Shown here in pieces: positions 11,506 to 24,399 of a stretch of 64,000 nt of DNA (the stretch's first letter is position 1; each line of letters begins with the position of its first letter). A program made the position numbers and the translations under genes. Location of the stretch: assembly GCF_036321535.1 (NCBI RefSeq), contig NC_087437.1, positions 116,872,001 to 116,936,000 of the forward strand. Reading direction: 5' to 3'. The notes beneath the pieces were generated by a model. The model did no database searches. It was not told the DNA's origin and was given only the letters and a program-made list of their open reading frames with translations. Source of the DNA: Camelus dromedarius. Taxonomy: Eukaryota.

Positions 11506-14500
11506 GAAGAAGCAGCATTTTGGTTTGCTCAGAACCAGGTAACCTTGTGCTCTGGGGACAATAGGTCTATTATTTTATCTCAGTTGGAGAAGAAGGATGT
11601 GGCTGCTCTCCACCCACCTCCTCCTTTGCTTACTGAAGGACTTGAAACGATCCCAATTTTTTTTCAAAGTCTGACAATAAGTCTAAGGGGGTCGCCCTAC
11701 CCTTGGAATGAGCCACTACTGGATGCCTGTAGAAACAGTCTACGCAGGATGTTCCTTTTTTATCTTCTGTAGGCTGTGAGTCCCAGCCCAAATCTGAATC
11801 AGCCAACAATCTGAACCTCTCAATTATCTCAGGTTTAAATCTGTCCCCAGAAACCCAGAACTAGAGGTTGACTCAAGAATGGTCTAATGAGCCCTTCCCC
11901 AACAGCCCACTGCCCCCCCACCCTCTCCCTCTCTCACACAAGCACCCCTCTACCTGACATCAAGTCACTGAAGCCAGACCCAAGGGGAAAGCAGTGTTAG
12001 GAATGAAACATGTCAAATCGTCATCACTGCTCCTAAGGACCTCTAGTACTTCTGAAATTGATACCAAGTAATCTGCAAGATCATGAACATTCGGAAAAGC
12101 AAGGTACAGTGTTGAGAATTGCCGAGGACTGTAGACATTGCTCTGGAATGCAAGGTGGCCACGTGGCCTGGGCTTTCCTGGTTAGTGCTCGCTGCAAACA
12201 TTCTCTCTCCTTGTCTTTTACATAAGCGTCCTCGCAGTCAGGAGAACTGACCTCGGTCAGACCATGTGTCCTGATCTGAGGTTCAGAAAATATGGTCATA
12301 ATCCCTTGGGAGATGGGCTTTCAACATTTTTACAAATTGTGGCAAATGTATGCTCAATTCACTGGTCACTAAATGCTCTATTCCACCTCTTCCTCCCATT
12401 TCATGGGGATACTGAGAGCCCAAGTTTGTCATGTCTCAGAATTTCTGAAGCATCCAAAGTCGCAGCCGTGACATAGCTTGTGGGCCGTTAGGTAAATGTG
12501 CAGAAAGTCTGAATGAATCAGTGTACCTTTGGCCTCTAAAGGCTTACAATGAAAATCCTGGTGAATTATCCACATCTTCTAGGAGATCAAAGTCAGGACA
12601 GTGAAGGGGAACCGTAAGAGGCCACTTTGCAGGGAGGTAGCCCAGCGCTACCTCACCCCCCTACTCCACCCCACCCGCCGCCTTGAGGAGTCCTTCCTCC
12701 TGCTCTCAGCGGCATGCCAGCATCAGCAGTTACCTCGGCCCATTTAGGATTGACATCTCCTGGCTGATCCTGTCTCTCCGGTCAGGAAGGAAATCACAGG
12801 TCTTCAGAGCCTCCATTGCCAGCTCAGATAAGACCAAGATGCAGATGGACTTCCAAACAAATTCCTCTCTGTTATCCTACAATGTGCCAAGTGCCTATAA
12901 TGAGCAAATTATAGTAATTACGGAACAATTACACAGAATCTTAAGTAGCAATCCTTTACCCGTGAATTGCAAGGCTTTTCCTCAACATTAATTAAAGGCC
13001 ATACCAGCCACTTGAACTGAGGCCGTATCATCCCACTTTAGAGATGGGGAAAACTGAGGTCCAGACTGTCACGTTTCTCGTAAGACAAAGTTGTTCATTT
13101 CCATTCATTTATGTTAAATATTCTAAATAAATGTCTTAGCCTTTCCATAGAATGGTAGGTACCTGTTAAAAATTCATGTTTTCTATCAATAATTGCAACC
13201 AAAAAAAGGTTTACACCAAAAAAGTATTTGTGGGGGTGGGAGGAGGACTTGGCAGAGTGGAAAAGAGAGAATCAAGATACTTAATGATGTCATTGAGCCT
13301 GTGTCTGGGCTTCTTGCTGTGTGATTTAATAAAATAAACTATTGCTTAAACTGCTAAAAAAAATTCATGTTTTCAGGGACACTGGGAAAAAGGCGGAGGA
13401 TGGAATTTTAAATGAAAATAAGAAGATGTGCGCTGTTTTTGTGGGGTGATCTCGTTTGTGTGCAAAGATGTGTGTCTGTGTTTCTGTCGATCAAAGCTAG
13501 GCCATCAAGTGAATAAGGGTTGGTTGTCAGTTTCTGGTGGGAATCAAGATGATTTTTATCTTCATCCTTAAGCTTTTCTGTCACTTCTAGATTTTCTACA
13601 ATAAACACTCCCCCTTTTATAATAGAAAAAAGATAATTGTTATTTTTAAGATATTTTTAATTAAAAAAAAAATAAGGATTCTTCAACACTCCCCTATTCC
13701 CTGTTTCCAATCAGGCTCCTTAACTCTTTAAATGCATCTGGGACATTTCTTTTTCCACCTTCTCCGCACAGGAACACAGTTCCCCATTCCTTCCCTCTGC
13801 GGTGACCCCAGGGTGGGACTCTGGCTGAAGTTGCCACGTGGCCGGGATTCACCGAGAGAGACCGAAAGTGGCCACTGAGGCCTGGAGATGAGGTGTGAAG
13901 CCAAACCCCGGGTCACGGAGCAGGAGCCCCTCAGAAGGGGCTCAGGAGCCCCGGGTCCCCGCTCAGACTGCCTGGAGTGTGACCTTCGCTGCGGCTGCTT
14001 TCCTGGAAACGGATGCGTGCCTCCGCCTCCCTCTGAGCCCACCCAGCTGTCCCGCGATGTGACGGTCTGGGAGGGAGGAAAGGGCAGCGGACATCAAAGA
14101 CATAGTAACCACCAGGCGAAACCCTCCCCTGCCAGCCCGGAGGTGTCACTTCCTGCCGGAGCACAGCTGCTCCCTCTTCTTGCCCTTCAGCCGAAGGGTG
14201 AAAGGTTCACACCGCCCCGTAAATGCCACCCTTGGCCTTTAACATCCTCGCCCTAAACAAAACAGCAGCCAGGCATCCTGGGCACACCTGATGCCCCGGG
14301 AGGGGCAGGGGGGAAGGGCTCGTGCCCACCAGCAAAATCCACCCGCCACACCCCAGAAGGAGAGCTGACACCCCGTAATCACCTCTGGGCCTGCCCCCAG
14401 ATACTCAGGCCACTCAGGCCTGGCTCCACGCCACTGAGCACAGGCTGGTCCCCCTGCAGCAGCCGTGGGAATGCTGGCTACACTGGGGTGGCACTGGGGA

Positions 14501-15284
14501 CGAAGCTGCGGCCCGACTTGTCTCTGGCCTGTGACTCTGCAGAGCAGTCCAGGCAAGTGGACGTGCCCTTGACGACGCAGGAATCTCAGAGCAGGGCCTG
14601 CTCTGTGTCCCGTTTCTGCAGAGCTGCGACTGCTGTCAAGGAACCTGGCGCTAACGTCTTGTCTTCTTTACACTGTGCGTCAAACAGAGCTTTTAGTAGT
14701 ACGACGGCTCTCCCAAGACCTGCCAGGGAGCTTGGGCCCGAAGGGAGGGAGGGTGGGCCGGCAGGGACTGCTGGGAGAGGGCGTTAGGTGGGGGGCTCAG
14801 CTTGCCCGACCCCTCAGAGCAGCCGTTTCATCCCCCTGAACAGACCTGGTGTGAAAGGGGAGGTTCAGGGCCCTATGTTCCTGTGAGGAGGCCCTGAGCC
14901 CAAACTGCAGTGAGGAGGGGAGGGAGGGGACAGCTGGCCTTGCCGCAGCGGGGGGGGGGGGGGCGGGGGGGCGTGGCTGAACAGGTGGGAGCCTTTGACG
15001 GAGAGAAGGGAAGGGAGGAGAGTAAGAGGGAAGCCTGTCTCAGGGCCCAGGGGTCTTCTGGCTCCAAGCTGCCCCTGAAAACCGTGGGACCCCCTTTTAC
15101 CTTCCAAGCTGTCCACCAGCGTGTCTTCACTGTCCTTTGTAGGGTGCTCGCAACAAGAGCAAACACAATCTTTGTGACCAAAGGGTCTTTACCTTTTGAG
15201 GGAAGATGAGGGTTGGAAGGAGGCTCTCAGGCAGAGGGGGTGCCCCCCCCCATGAGCCCAGCCCCTTCCCCACACGGTTACAGC

Positions 15285-15720
15285 AGGGAGGGGAGGGGTC
15301 AGGGGTACACTGGGAGTCTGGGGTTTGCAGATACAAACTACTGTGTGCGGAGTAGGTAAACAACAAGGGCCTACTGTAAGCACGAGGAACTATGTTCAAT
15401 GGCTTGTAGTAACGTGTGATGCGGGGAAGGAGGATGGAGCCCAGGGGTAGAGCGCATGCTTAGCGTGCACAAGGTCCTGGGTTCCGTCCCCAGTGCCTCC
15501 ATTTAAATAAATAAATTAACTTAATTACTTCCCCTCACCCCAAAAAAAAAGCTTAAAAAGAGAAAGAAAGCATTTAAGGTTCAACCTGTAGTGAAAAAAG
15601 AATATGAAAAAGGATACGTACATATGTGTATAACTGAATCACTATGCTGTACACCGGAAGCCAATACATTGTAAATCAACTATACTTCAATCAAAAATTA
15701 ATTAATTAAAATTTTTTTAA
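15285..15720 (+). mobile_element. L1 3' UTR end interrupted by a SINE
   Basis: 'tttgcagatacaaactact...ggaactatgttcaat' before 15421; resumes 'aacctgtagtgaaaaaagaatatgaaaaagg...tatacttcaat' after about 15582. Confidence 0.85.
15422..15575 (+). mobile_element. tRNA-derived SINE (camelid Vic-1-like)
   Basis: 'ggtagagcgcatgcttagcgtgcacaaggtcctgggttccgtccccagtgcctcca' followed by 'aaataaataaa..taattac..cccc' and an A-rich tail. Confidence 0.85.
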
Positions 15721-16681
15721 ATGGAAACAAAGGACCCTACCCCAGAGGGCCTATCCCACTCCCCCCACACACTAGCTCCAGCCCCCACACCTGGCTGACT
15801 TCTTGGTGGCTCCTCCCCTCCAGCCTCCTCTCTCCCAGCACCTGGCCTCACAAGGCCACCCGACTCTGAACCCCATCCCCAGCCCTGCATGAGGGCTCAG
15901 GGGAAGGCTCCGTCCTGCCTCGGGGGAGCCCCTGGACTGTCATCACCCACACGAACGACCCCTGCGGAAAGGCACTGTCGGCCACCCCGGCTGGAGGGGC
16001 CTTTCAGTTGCTGGGGGAGATGTCAGTCATAAAGTCGATTGTCATTAATCCCACAGACTGGGGGTTTTCTGTCCCAAAACTGAGACAGGGGAAACGGGAG
16101 GCTTGGGTCGCTGTACAATGTAGCACTTCCTCACTTCTAAAGGTGCTGACCAGGCGCTCACTCGGAAATTCGTTCCCTCTGTAAAATCAAAGGGTTGATA
16201 ATGAGACACCTGCAGACTCCCTGGACCTGCTTCCTGGGAATCACACACTCACCCACCATCTCCAGCTCCCCTCCTCCCCGCCTCCCCCACACCAGGACGG
16301 GGCTGGGCGAGCGTCAGGACCACACTGAGGCTGGGTCACCAGCTGGTGAGAGGCTGACCAGAGACCCTGCTCAGGGCCCTGTCTTACCTCCCCGTCCATC
16401 ATGCATATAAGAGAAAAGCCCCTAAGGGCTGTTTTCAAGGTCTTCGAGATAACAAAACCCTGGGCCAAGGGCGCAGAAGTTTCTTTTCTAGGGAGAGGTT
16501 CCCCGGTTCCTGCAGGACCTGAGCGCCCAGCCTCCCATTCCTGGCCCCGCAGGGACCAGAGCTGATGGAGGATTTCATCTCTCTGAAGGCCCAACTGACA
16601 CCTTCAGCTGAGCTCTGAGTCCAGGGGGAGAAACTGACTAAAGGGGGGGGGGTCTTCTTGCATCTGTGTAGTTTTATGTAT

Positions 16682-16926
16682 TTTTTTAATTCTTATTTTT
16701 TATTGAAGTATAGTCAATTTACAATGTTAGTTTCAGGTGTACAGCAAAGCGATTCAGTTACACATATATATATATACACACATATATATATTTTATCATA
16801 TTTTTTCCCATCATGGCTCATTACTAGATATTGCATACAGTTCCCTGTGCTGTATTTTAGGTTCTTGTTGTTTATCTATTTTACATACAGTCATGTGTAT
16901 CTATTAATCCCAAACTCCTAATCTAT
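16682..16926 (-). mobile_element. L1 3' UTR end (young)
   Basis: 'ttttattgaagtatagtcaatttacaatgttagtttcaggtgtacagcaaagcgattcag'. Confidence 0.9.
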
Positions 16927-17555
16927 CGGACGGGGGTGGCTTGTGCCACCAGAGAACACGCCGTGAACCAGCCAGCAAAGACGTGAGGTTAATTTGGGGC
17001 TGGCGTTGACAGCCACACTGAAATAATGACATAAACACTGCTGGTCAGAAGCAGCCTCCACAAGGGGCACCTCGGGGTGGGGCTTAAACTGCACGCTGAC
17101 TACGCTCCTATGGCCGTGACGTCAGGAACGGAAATGACATCCACAGTTAACGAGGTGCCAGCAGCATCCCAGGTGCTGACGGGGGTCCATCAGGGCTTGG
17201 CTGAGCCTCATATCTGTGTCTCAACACATGGGCTGAACTCCAGACCCACCTGCTGAGGACACACGGCCAAATGCGGAGAAGAATGACAGGCTGGCCCCCC
17301 AAGGTCGTCCCGGCTGACCCCCCGGCTGACCTTCAGCAGCAAAGGCTTTGGAGTCTCTCCTCCCTCAGACGACCGTGCTGGCCAGGCTGGAGGGAGGCCA
17401 AGGCCTCTGCGCCGGGGAGCCCACTGGAGGCTGAGCCCCCAGGGTAGCTGGACGTGTGCCAGCTCCTGGTGCCGGCGCTCACCTGCCGCCAGCGGGACAT
17501 AGTCAGTAGATGCGGGCGTATGTGGTGTACTTGACCGAGCGTCAGGATTGGAGTC

Positions 17556-17957
17556 TGTGTCGGTTCCCTGGGGCGGCCGTAACAAGGCACCACACACCAG
17601 GAGGCTTACAACAACAGAGATGCCTTCTCCCAACGTCCTGGAGGCCACAGCTCCGCACCAGGGTGTCCACAGGGTCTTGTTCTCTCCAGAAGCTCTGTGG
17701 AGCTTCCCTCCACGCCTCTCCCAGCTCCTGGAGTGGTCGGCATCCTTGCTGTTCTTTGGCTTCTAGACACATCACTCCAGTCCCTGCCTCTGTGGCATTT
17801 CCTCTTCTAAGGACACCAGTCATTGGATTAGCACCCACCCTAAGGACCTCATCTTAGCTTAATGACAGCCACAAAGACCCTACTTCCAAAGAAGGTCACA
17901 TTCAGAGGTACTGAGGGTTAGGACTTCAACATAGATTTGGGGGGACACATCAACCCA
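17556..17957 (-). mobile_element. MLT1-family solo LTR
   Basis: 'aaggacaccagtcattggattag...gacctcatcttagcttaa...aaggtcacattcagaggtactgagggttaggacttcaacata'. Confidence 0.9.
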
Positions 17958-18929
17958 GGGTACCTGGGCTCAAAAGAAAGACGTCAAGACAACTCAAAAT
18001 TTTTCACTGCAATGTGATAGCTTAAAAATATATAGAAATCACCTGAAGGCATATTATTTGAAATTTTTATTTGTCGGACTACTACACATTCATAAAATTG
18101 ACTATGGAGAGACTATGTGGCAATACGACAGAATATTTCTAGCAATGCTGAGTCATGCCTCTGACTACAATTCTGTGTGATGCCTGTCACGTGCCTGCTG
18201 GGGAGACAGAAAGGGCTGTGTTGGAGGCAAGGGGTTATGGAGAGTTTTCCTCTGAGCATTTTACCTTAAACTTCTCTTTATCAAAATTTTTTTAAATTAC
18301 AAACAAGGAAGAAACCACTGGTCTGAGTCACCTCTGCCATGTGACAGCTGCAAGAGTAGGGGAAGGCGTTTAACTCTGCTCATCTCAGGTTTCTAATGGC
18401 AGAATGGACGGAATGTGTGTCCCTTCAACCTCTGAGAACGGTTGTGGGGCTGAAATGACCTCAGGATAGGGAAACCCCTTGACAGCCAGGGCCACTGAGC
18501 AAAACTTTCATCACTTCTGTTAGTAAAGGGCGAGGCTGTCCTTTTAAATGTCCGAGTGTGCTCTGGGACCAACAGATATTTTCGGCAACAAAGAAAAGGA
18601 AGAGGAGGCATTAGCAGATATAAAGAGCACAGAATCAAAGCGAGCTGGACCAGTAGACGTGGCGGGGGGGGCGGGGGGGGGCAGAAACCCGGAAATTTGG
18701 CTGATTTCCTCCAGCCATCCGAGAATTTGCCGTATGTCTCACTGGCAGAGTTTCACCCATTGTTGGAGCCCTTTGGGCTAGCTGGCCCCCACCTCTCCAC
18801 CAGTGTGTGACTCACTCCCCAGTCCACCTACCTGCTGGGAGTTCACAGTGTGAAAGCATTCGTCTGTGATTAGGACAGGCGTTGGGCCACCCAAAGTCCA
18901 GCACCAAGAGGGAAAAGTGAGGCAAGTGA

Positions 18930-19270
18930 GGGGGAGCCCTCTTGGGTGAGGGGACATCTGGGAGAAGATGCTGTGAACTGAGGGAGCGAGCATCTATCCA
19001 TGTACCTGCAGGGGGAACGTTTCATCAGGGAGGACCGGCCGGCAAGCGCAAAGCCAGAGATGGGGCGGGCTGGGATGGGGCGGGTGTATTCCTGATGGAG
19101 CAAGGAGACCAGTATGTCTGAAACGGAGAGACACGGAGTGGGGAAGAGGTTGGAGAACCGAGGCGGACAGACCACCTAGGACCTTGAAAGCAAATGTCAG
19201 GGCTTGGAGATTTTATTCTGCACAAGAAGGGAAGATGCTAGTGTTTTGAGCAAAGGAGTGATGTCCTTAC
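18930..19270 (-). mobile_element. L2 LINE fragment
   Basis: 'ggaccttgaaagc...ttggagattttattctgcacaagaagggaagatgctagtgttttgagcaaaggagtgatg' resembles antisense L2. Confidence 0.6.
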
Positions 19271-21059
19271 AAGGCTCATGCTGCTGCGTGGGGGACAGTT
19301 GTGGGACATGCCTTTCCTTGTGAATCCTCGGATTTTCCAAGAGCCCTGGCGGGCGTTTCAGAGCTTTGGCCATAGGTGGGAGAGCCTGGGGTTCTGATCC
19401 AGATTGGCCACTGGGGCAATTTGATGAATCTCTCAATTTCTGAAATAATTCTGGGGGGAAATGCAGAAAAGAGTATAGGAAAGGTGAATGAAGGGGATCA
19501 GCCTGGAGAAAACTCACCAGCCTGGAACAGAGAAAGGACGGGCCTCCTCGCAAGGCCACCCAAACGCGTGACACCCGGGGTAGCTCTGAGTTACTGATTC
19601 CTGTTAGGCCAGGAAGGGCATTTGATTGTGACTCGGAAGTGTTAATGGGTTGCCAGGAAGCTGGGTTTCTGGGGAATGAACACAGACCACTGTCCAAGAC
19701 CCACTTAGGACCCTCCCTGTGTTGCTGTATCTTTTGCTCATCTGTCTCCATCCCTTGGCTCAGAGTGGTTGGACAGGCCCCTGGGAATTGTTCAGACTCG
19801 CCAGTGCCCTGCTCAGTCAAATCAGCAACTCCAACAAGAATAACCTAGGTGCTTGCACGTAGCTTCAATATTCCTGTTTCTCACAATCATTTTTTTCCTG
19901 TTGGCTTCTGTCACCATCCTTCTGCACTCTTCCTAGACAGCAAGTCATAACTAAGGCAGGCCCAGCTCGGAAAGTCAGACAGAAGTGCAGAACGGAGTCA
20001 GACCAGCGCTCGGATTCCAGAGCAGCTGAGAAAACCATCAGGTGCCGATAAGAACATGAGTTCACATGTGAGGACCGCCTGGCCCCCGGGGGTCAGCACT
20101 GTGACAGATTCTGACCTTTGCTGGTTTTGTTCGGAGTTTTTGAGTTTTGTATAAGTTTGTGTTCCATTTGAAATATGAAAAAGAATTCTTTTAAAATGTA
20201 AAAAAAGAGGGGGGGTTAAAAAAATTAAACAGCAGGATGTTGAGAGCAGCAATTGCCAAATCTTACTACCATGCTACAGATTTAATGCCACCTCACCCAC
20301 AAATCAAGCAGTGTTTTCTTTTTTACTCAATTACGATGCCCTTAGTAGTAAAACACAGGACCACGCTGCAGGCGTGACCGCGACCTAAAGTACTTGCCAC
20401 GTCCTGGAAACAAGGAATTCAATCCAGTACAGTCTATCTGCTGAAGGCTTTTCTCGTCGTCCGGTGTAAAGTAGCCCAGCGGACGGCACTTAATCTCAGA
20501 AACCGTCAGTGCGCTGATTTCCCCCGGTGAGAGTGACAGAGTGGGCCTCGAGGGCTGAGTCTGCAGCAGCACGTGGTCGCTCCCGTGAGGTGGCTCTGCG
20601 GGGCCCATTGTCCTGACTTGCTGGTTCTACACCCCACAGAGGAAAATCGCAATTAACACCCGCCTCCAGGTCGGTGCCAGACACACGGCTCACTCCAGGC
20701 GCCGCTTACAGTCAATCCAGAAGAAAGAGCGCAGAGAGAGATAGAAATGGTCCAGGTGGAGGCGGCTGGGGAAGGACATCCCACGGAGGCTGAAGGGTGC
20801 TCATTCATGGTAACCATCACTGAGTTCCTGAAGGCAGAGGACTGAGGAAGAGCAGGTGGGGGGCACTGATAGAAAACAGCTCAGGTAAAGGGGCTCTGCC
20901 TTGCTGGCTGCCCCTCCTCCCTTTCCCGTCACTCACCTGCCGGCCCCACCTTCATCCCTCACCTGGCATGTCTAGGGTGATGGCTGCCGCCTCTTCCTAC
21001 CCTCCCGGCTCTGCTCTGGGCCCAGAGAGAGCCTCTCAGAAAGTCAGTCAGGTGGGAGC

Positions 21060-21480
21060 CACCCAAATATCCATCCTCTGATGACTGGATAAACAAAAAA
21101 ACGTGGTCCATCCATACAGTGGAATATTATTATTCGGCCATCAAAAGGCTGGAGGTTCTAATACCGGCTACAGCGTGGATGGACCTTGAAAACATTACAC
21201 TCAGTGAAAGGAGCCAGTGACAGAGGACTCCGTATCATAAGGTCTCATTTATGTGAGATGTCCAAACAGGCAGGTCCATAAGGACAGGCGGTAGTGTTTG
21301 CCGGGAGGTGGGCAGTGACTGCTCAGTGAAGTTTCTTTTGGGGGTGATGAAAACGCTCTGGAATGAGAGAGTGCTGACCACTGCACAACACTGGAGCATA
21401 CTAAAAACCACTGCATTATACATTGTGAAATACGTAGACTGGTGAATTTTATGTGACTTTTCTCTCAACTTTTTTTAAAA
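21060..21480 (+). mobile_element. Old L1M (L1MB-like) 3' end
   Basis: 'tggataaacaaaaaaacgtggtccatccatacagtggaatatta...ggatggaccttgaaaacattacactcagtgaaaggagccag...ggggtgatgaaaacgctctgg'. Confidence 0.85.
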
Positions 21481-21790
21481 AGTCAGATTATAACATTCCT
21501 TAGCTTAAAGTCCTCAGTCAGGACGCACCCTGTCCCCGCCGTGAACACCGTGCTAAGCTTCCCCATGACCTGCGAGGTCCTCCCTGTGTGTTCCCACCCT
21601 GGCCACCCCTTGCCCACGCCTCCTACCGCTTTCCGGTGCCCACACTGTCCTCCCTCCTAGATCCGGAACTACTCAGGCATGCCCCTGCCTCAGGGCCTTG
21701 GCACATGCCGCTCCCTTTCCTGGAGGAGCTTCCCTGGGCTCTTTTTTTTTCATTATGCTCTTCCTTTGCGTCTCTATCCAGGAATTCCTT
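21481..21790 (+). mobile_element. L2 LINE fragment
   Basis: 'caggcatgcccctgcctcagggccttggcacatgccgctccctttcctgga' is typical of the L2 3' region. Confidence 0.65.
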
Positions 21791-22257
21791 TACCCTAAAA
21801 CCAGCCAGTGTTCATCTATATTTTCTAACTCTTCTATGATTTCATCTTCTGTGCCTAACGCTCATCCAGGTAGAATTTACTTTGTGTTCATGTGTGATGG
21901 CCATATGTATCAAGACCTTCCAGAAAGTTCCCACCGTTCACCCTGCAGTTCATTTCTGCACCGCTCTGCTGAGGCCTGTTTCTCAGTCTGGTGCACCTCT
22001 GCCCCCTAAGGTGTGTGACTGCATACCAGGTGAGACTAAGGCCTCAGGGTCCCCAGGTCACATCTTCTTGGGACAGTCTGTTGTACTGAAAGGCTTTAGG
22101 GGTGAGGCTAGAATGAAATCATCCAAGTCATAGGTAGTTGACAGCATTATTTTAACATTAGAATAATCCAGTCCACTGTGGAGAAGATAAAATTCTCGTA
22201 ACATTTTAAGAAAAAAAATGAAGACTCCGAGTTGCTATTAAGGTCACTTTAAGGATA

Positions 22258-22385
22258 GGGGCGGGGGTGGTGGGGTTAGCTCAGTGGCAGAGTGCATACC
22301 CAGCATGCACAAGGTCCTGGGTTCAACCCCCAGTATCTCCATCAAAATAAATAAACCTAATTACCTCCTCCCCAAAAAACAAGCC
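22258..22385 (+). mobile_element. tRNA-derived SINE (camelid Vic-1-like)
   Basis: A-box TAGCTCAGTGG, B-box GGTTCAACCCC, tail 'aaataaataaacctaattacctcc'; TSD-like aaggatagg / aagaatagg. Confidence 0.9.
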
Positions 22386-23899
22386 AAGAATAGGAAGGAA
22401 AGTTGGAGAACCACGATCCAAAGCAAGGAACCCAAGATACTCTCCAAAATTTATTTGCCAGGACGTTCATTGCAACATAATCTGTTACGAAAAACATTGG
22501 GAACAACCTGACAGTGGTAAACTGGCAATACGATTATGAGAGCACAGGATATAACCTGGGGAGCAGGGATCAATTAAAATGGTTTTTGTAAAGATGATTT
22601 TAATTGCAATCATTTTTTCAAAGTTGCCTACAATCACAAGATAATATTAAGTTAAAAACTGGGGAAACAAAAGCGTAGCTTCTGTATTCCCCCAACCTTG
22701 CAACACCGTGAAAACACACAGAAAACACCCTGGGAAGGAAATTCGCCAAAACGTTAGCAGAGGCAGACTAGCAGGTGGGTTTTTTTTTTTTTTTTCTTTT
22801 TCATCCTCTTCTGAATTTCCCATTGGCCTCACAATGATTTTCTGACTTTCTTCTCAGAAAAATAAACTGGGGCTTGTGTTCGATGCTGCCTGGTGTGGCA
22901 GTCAGTCAGAATTGTCTTAAGAGAGGTGGAAGAGACGGGGAGCACTGCCCGTGTCTGTAAATGGCCTGTGGAGACTCCTGAGGATGGGGTCCCTTTTATT
23001 TCTTTTCTGGTTGTTAGAAATAGATGCGTATTAATATTTCACATCTTTTTTGTCATCACCCTTCGCTGGCCTGGCCCCTATGTTTGGAAACAGCCCAACC
23101 AAGTGTTATATGTTCCAGAGCCAGGACCATCCTTCCCAGCCATCCTGGGACGTTCACGAGGTGACAGGGAGTTGCACTTGTCCGTTACACGTTTTGATCA
23201 GCTTCGTCTCCAGAACAGATCACTCACCAGGCAGTTTGTTATCATTAGTGGAAGAAGGATCTTCAAAGCCGTTTCTTGGTCGGGAAATCTTCAGGGACAT
23301 CACAGTGCTGCCCGCTGTCTGTTTGTTGGGGACGGGGCCTCCTGCACATCACGTGTGGCACCCTCAACCCTGACCTCCAGGAGCAAGTGCCCTGAGACCT
23401 GCAGGATTCCCGTGGAGCCAGAGGGAATGCGCCCTTCACCACCCCCGCCACCCTCCTCTCCTGGTCCTGCCTCCCAGGCTGCCCTGGCTTGAAGGAAATG
23501 CTTCTGGTTTGTGGAACACTGAATTATTTAATAAATATGAGATGATTCTGTTCTCCACAAAAAGAGATTGAAACCCAAAGGGAGATGGGCAATTTAGAAA
23601 AACAGGAATAAAGAAAATTATTGTCCAAAGGTAACAGGATATGAAGAAAAGTGCCCCCAGGCTGATCCGCTGAAATATTTTAAGTCAGCAGAACAAAATG
23701 AGTCCACTGTCTCATCTCTTAGCCTGACATTCATCCTGAGTTGCTCCCACCCTCAGACATACACAGGGGAAATGAGGAAAACTATGGGACCCTTTATTTA
23801 TAATTCCCAGTATCCCAGTTATGCCTCCCGACTTTACACCTGAGTAGTTTCCGAGTGTTTAGTACCTGCACAGCACACGCGTACTAGAAGCACATAGGT

Positions 23900-24085
23900 G
23901 CTGGAGACAGATGGTCTGAGTGAGCCCAGCACTGCCTCCTACCACCTGTGTGACCTCAGGCGATGTACGTAACCTCTCTGTGCCTCAGACAGCCCAACTC
24001 CCAAATAAATAGAATAATCACCTCACTTCCTAGCTACTGCGAGGGTTAAATGAGTTAACACAGGCGGAGTGCCCAGAACGTGGCC
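23900..24085 (+). mobile_element. MIR SINE
   Basis: 'ctgtgtgacctcaggcgatgtacgtaacctctctgtgcctcag...gagggttaaatgagttaa'; a second MIR in opposite orientation follows at about 24150-24235. Confidence 0.8.
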
Positions 24086-24399
24086 CCTAGAGAACCACGG
24101 AGGCTGGCCACGTGATTGTCTAGAAGGAGGTCTGCCTACGTTCTCATTCACACCACGGTCCTCGGGGGTCGGATGATGATGGTGGTCACCCCCATTTCCC
24201 AGCAGTGGAAACAGAGGCTCAGGTCTGTCTGAATCCACAGCCCTTTCTTCTCTCCTTCACAGTACATCTGCCCATAAAACCCAAGCTGGGGGTCAGCGTG
24301 AAGGTGCCCAACTCCAGTCACCTTCCCCACCGTCTCTTCCTCCCTTCCCTTCCTCTGCAGTCTCCCCTTCTCTTTTCCATCCGTAATCTGAAATCCTGA

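Noticed and set aside
22258..22345. tRNA-like sequences (also 15422 and 44411)
   Set aside because: Stems are broken and the copies have SINE tails and TSDs, so they are SINEs rather than tRNA genes
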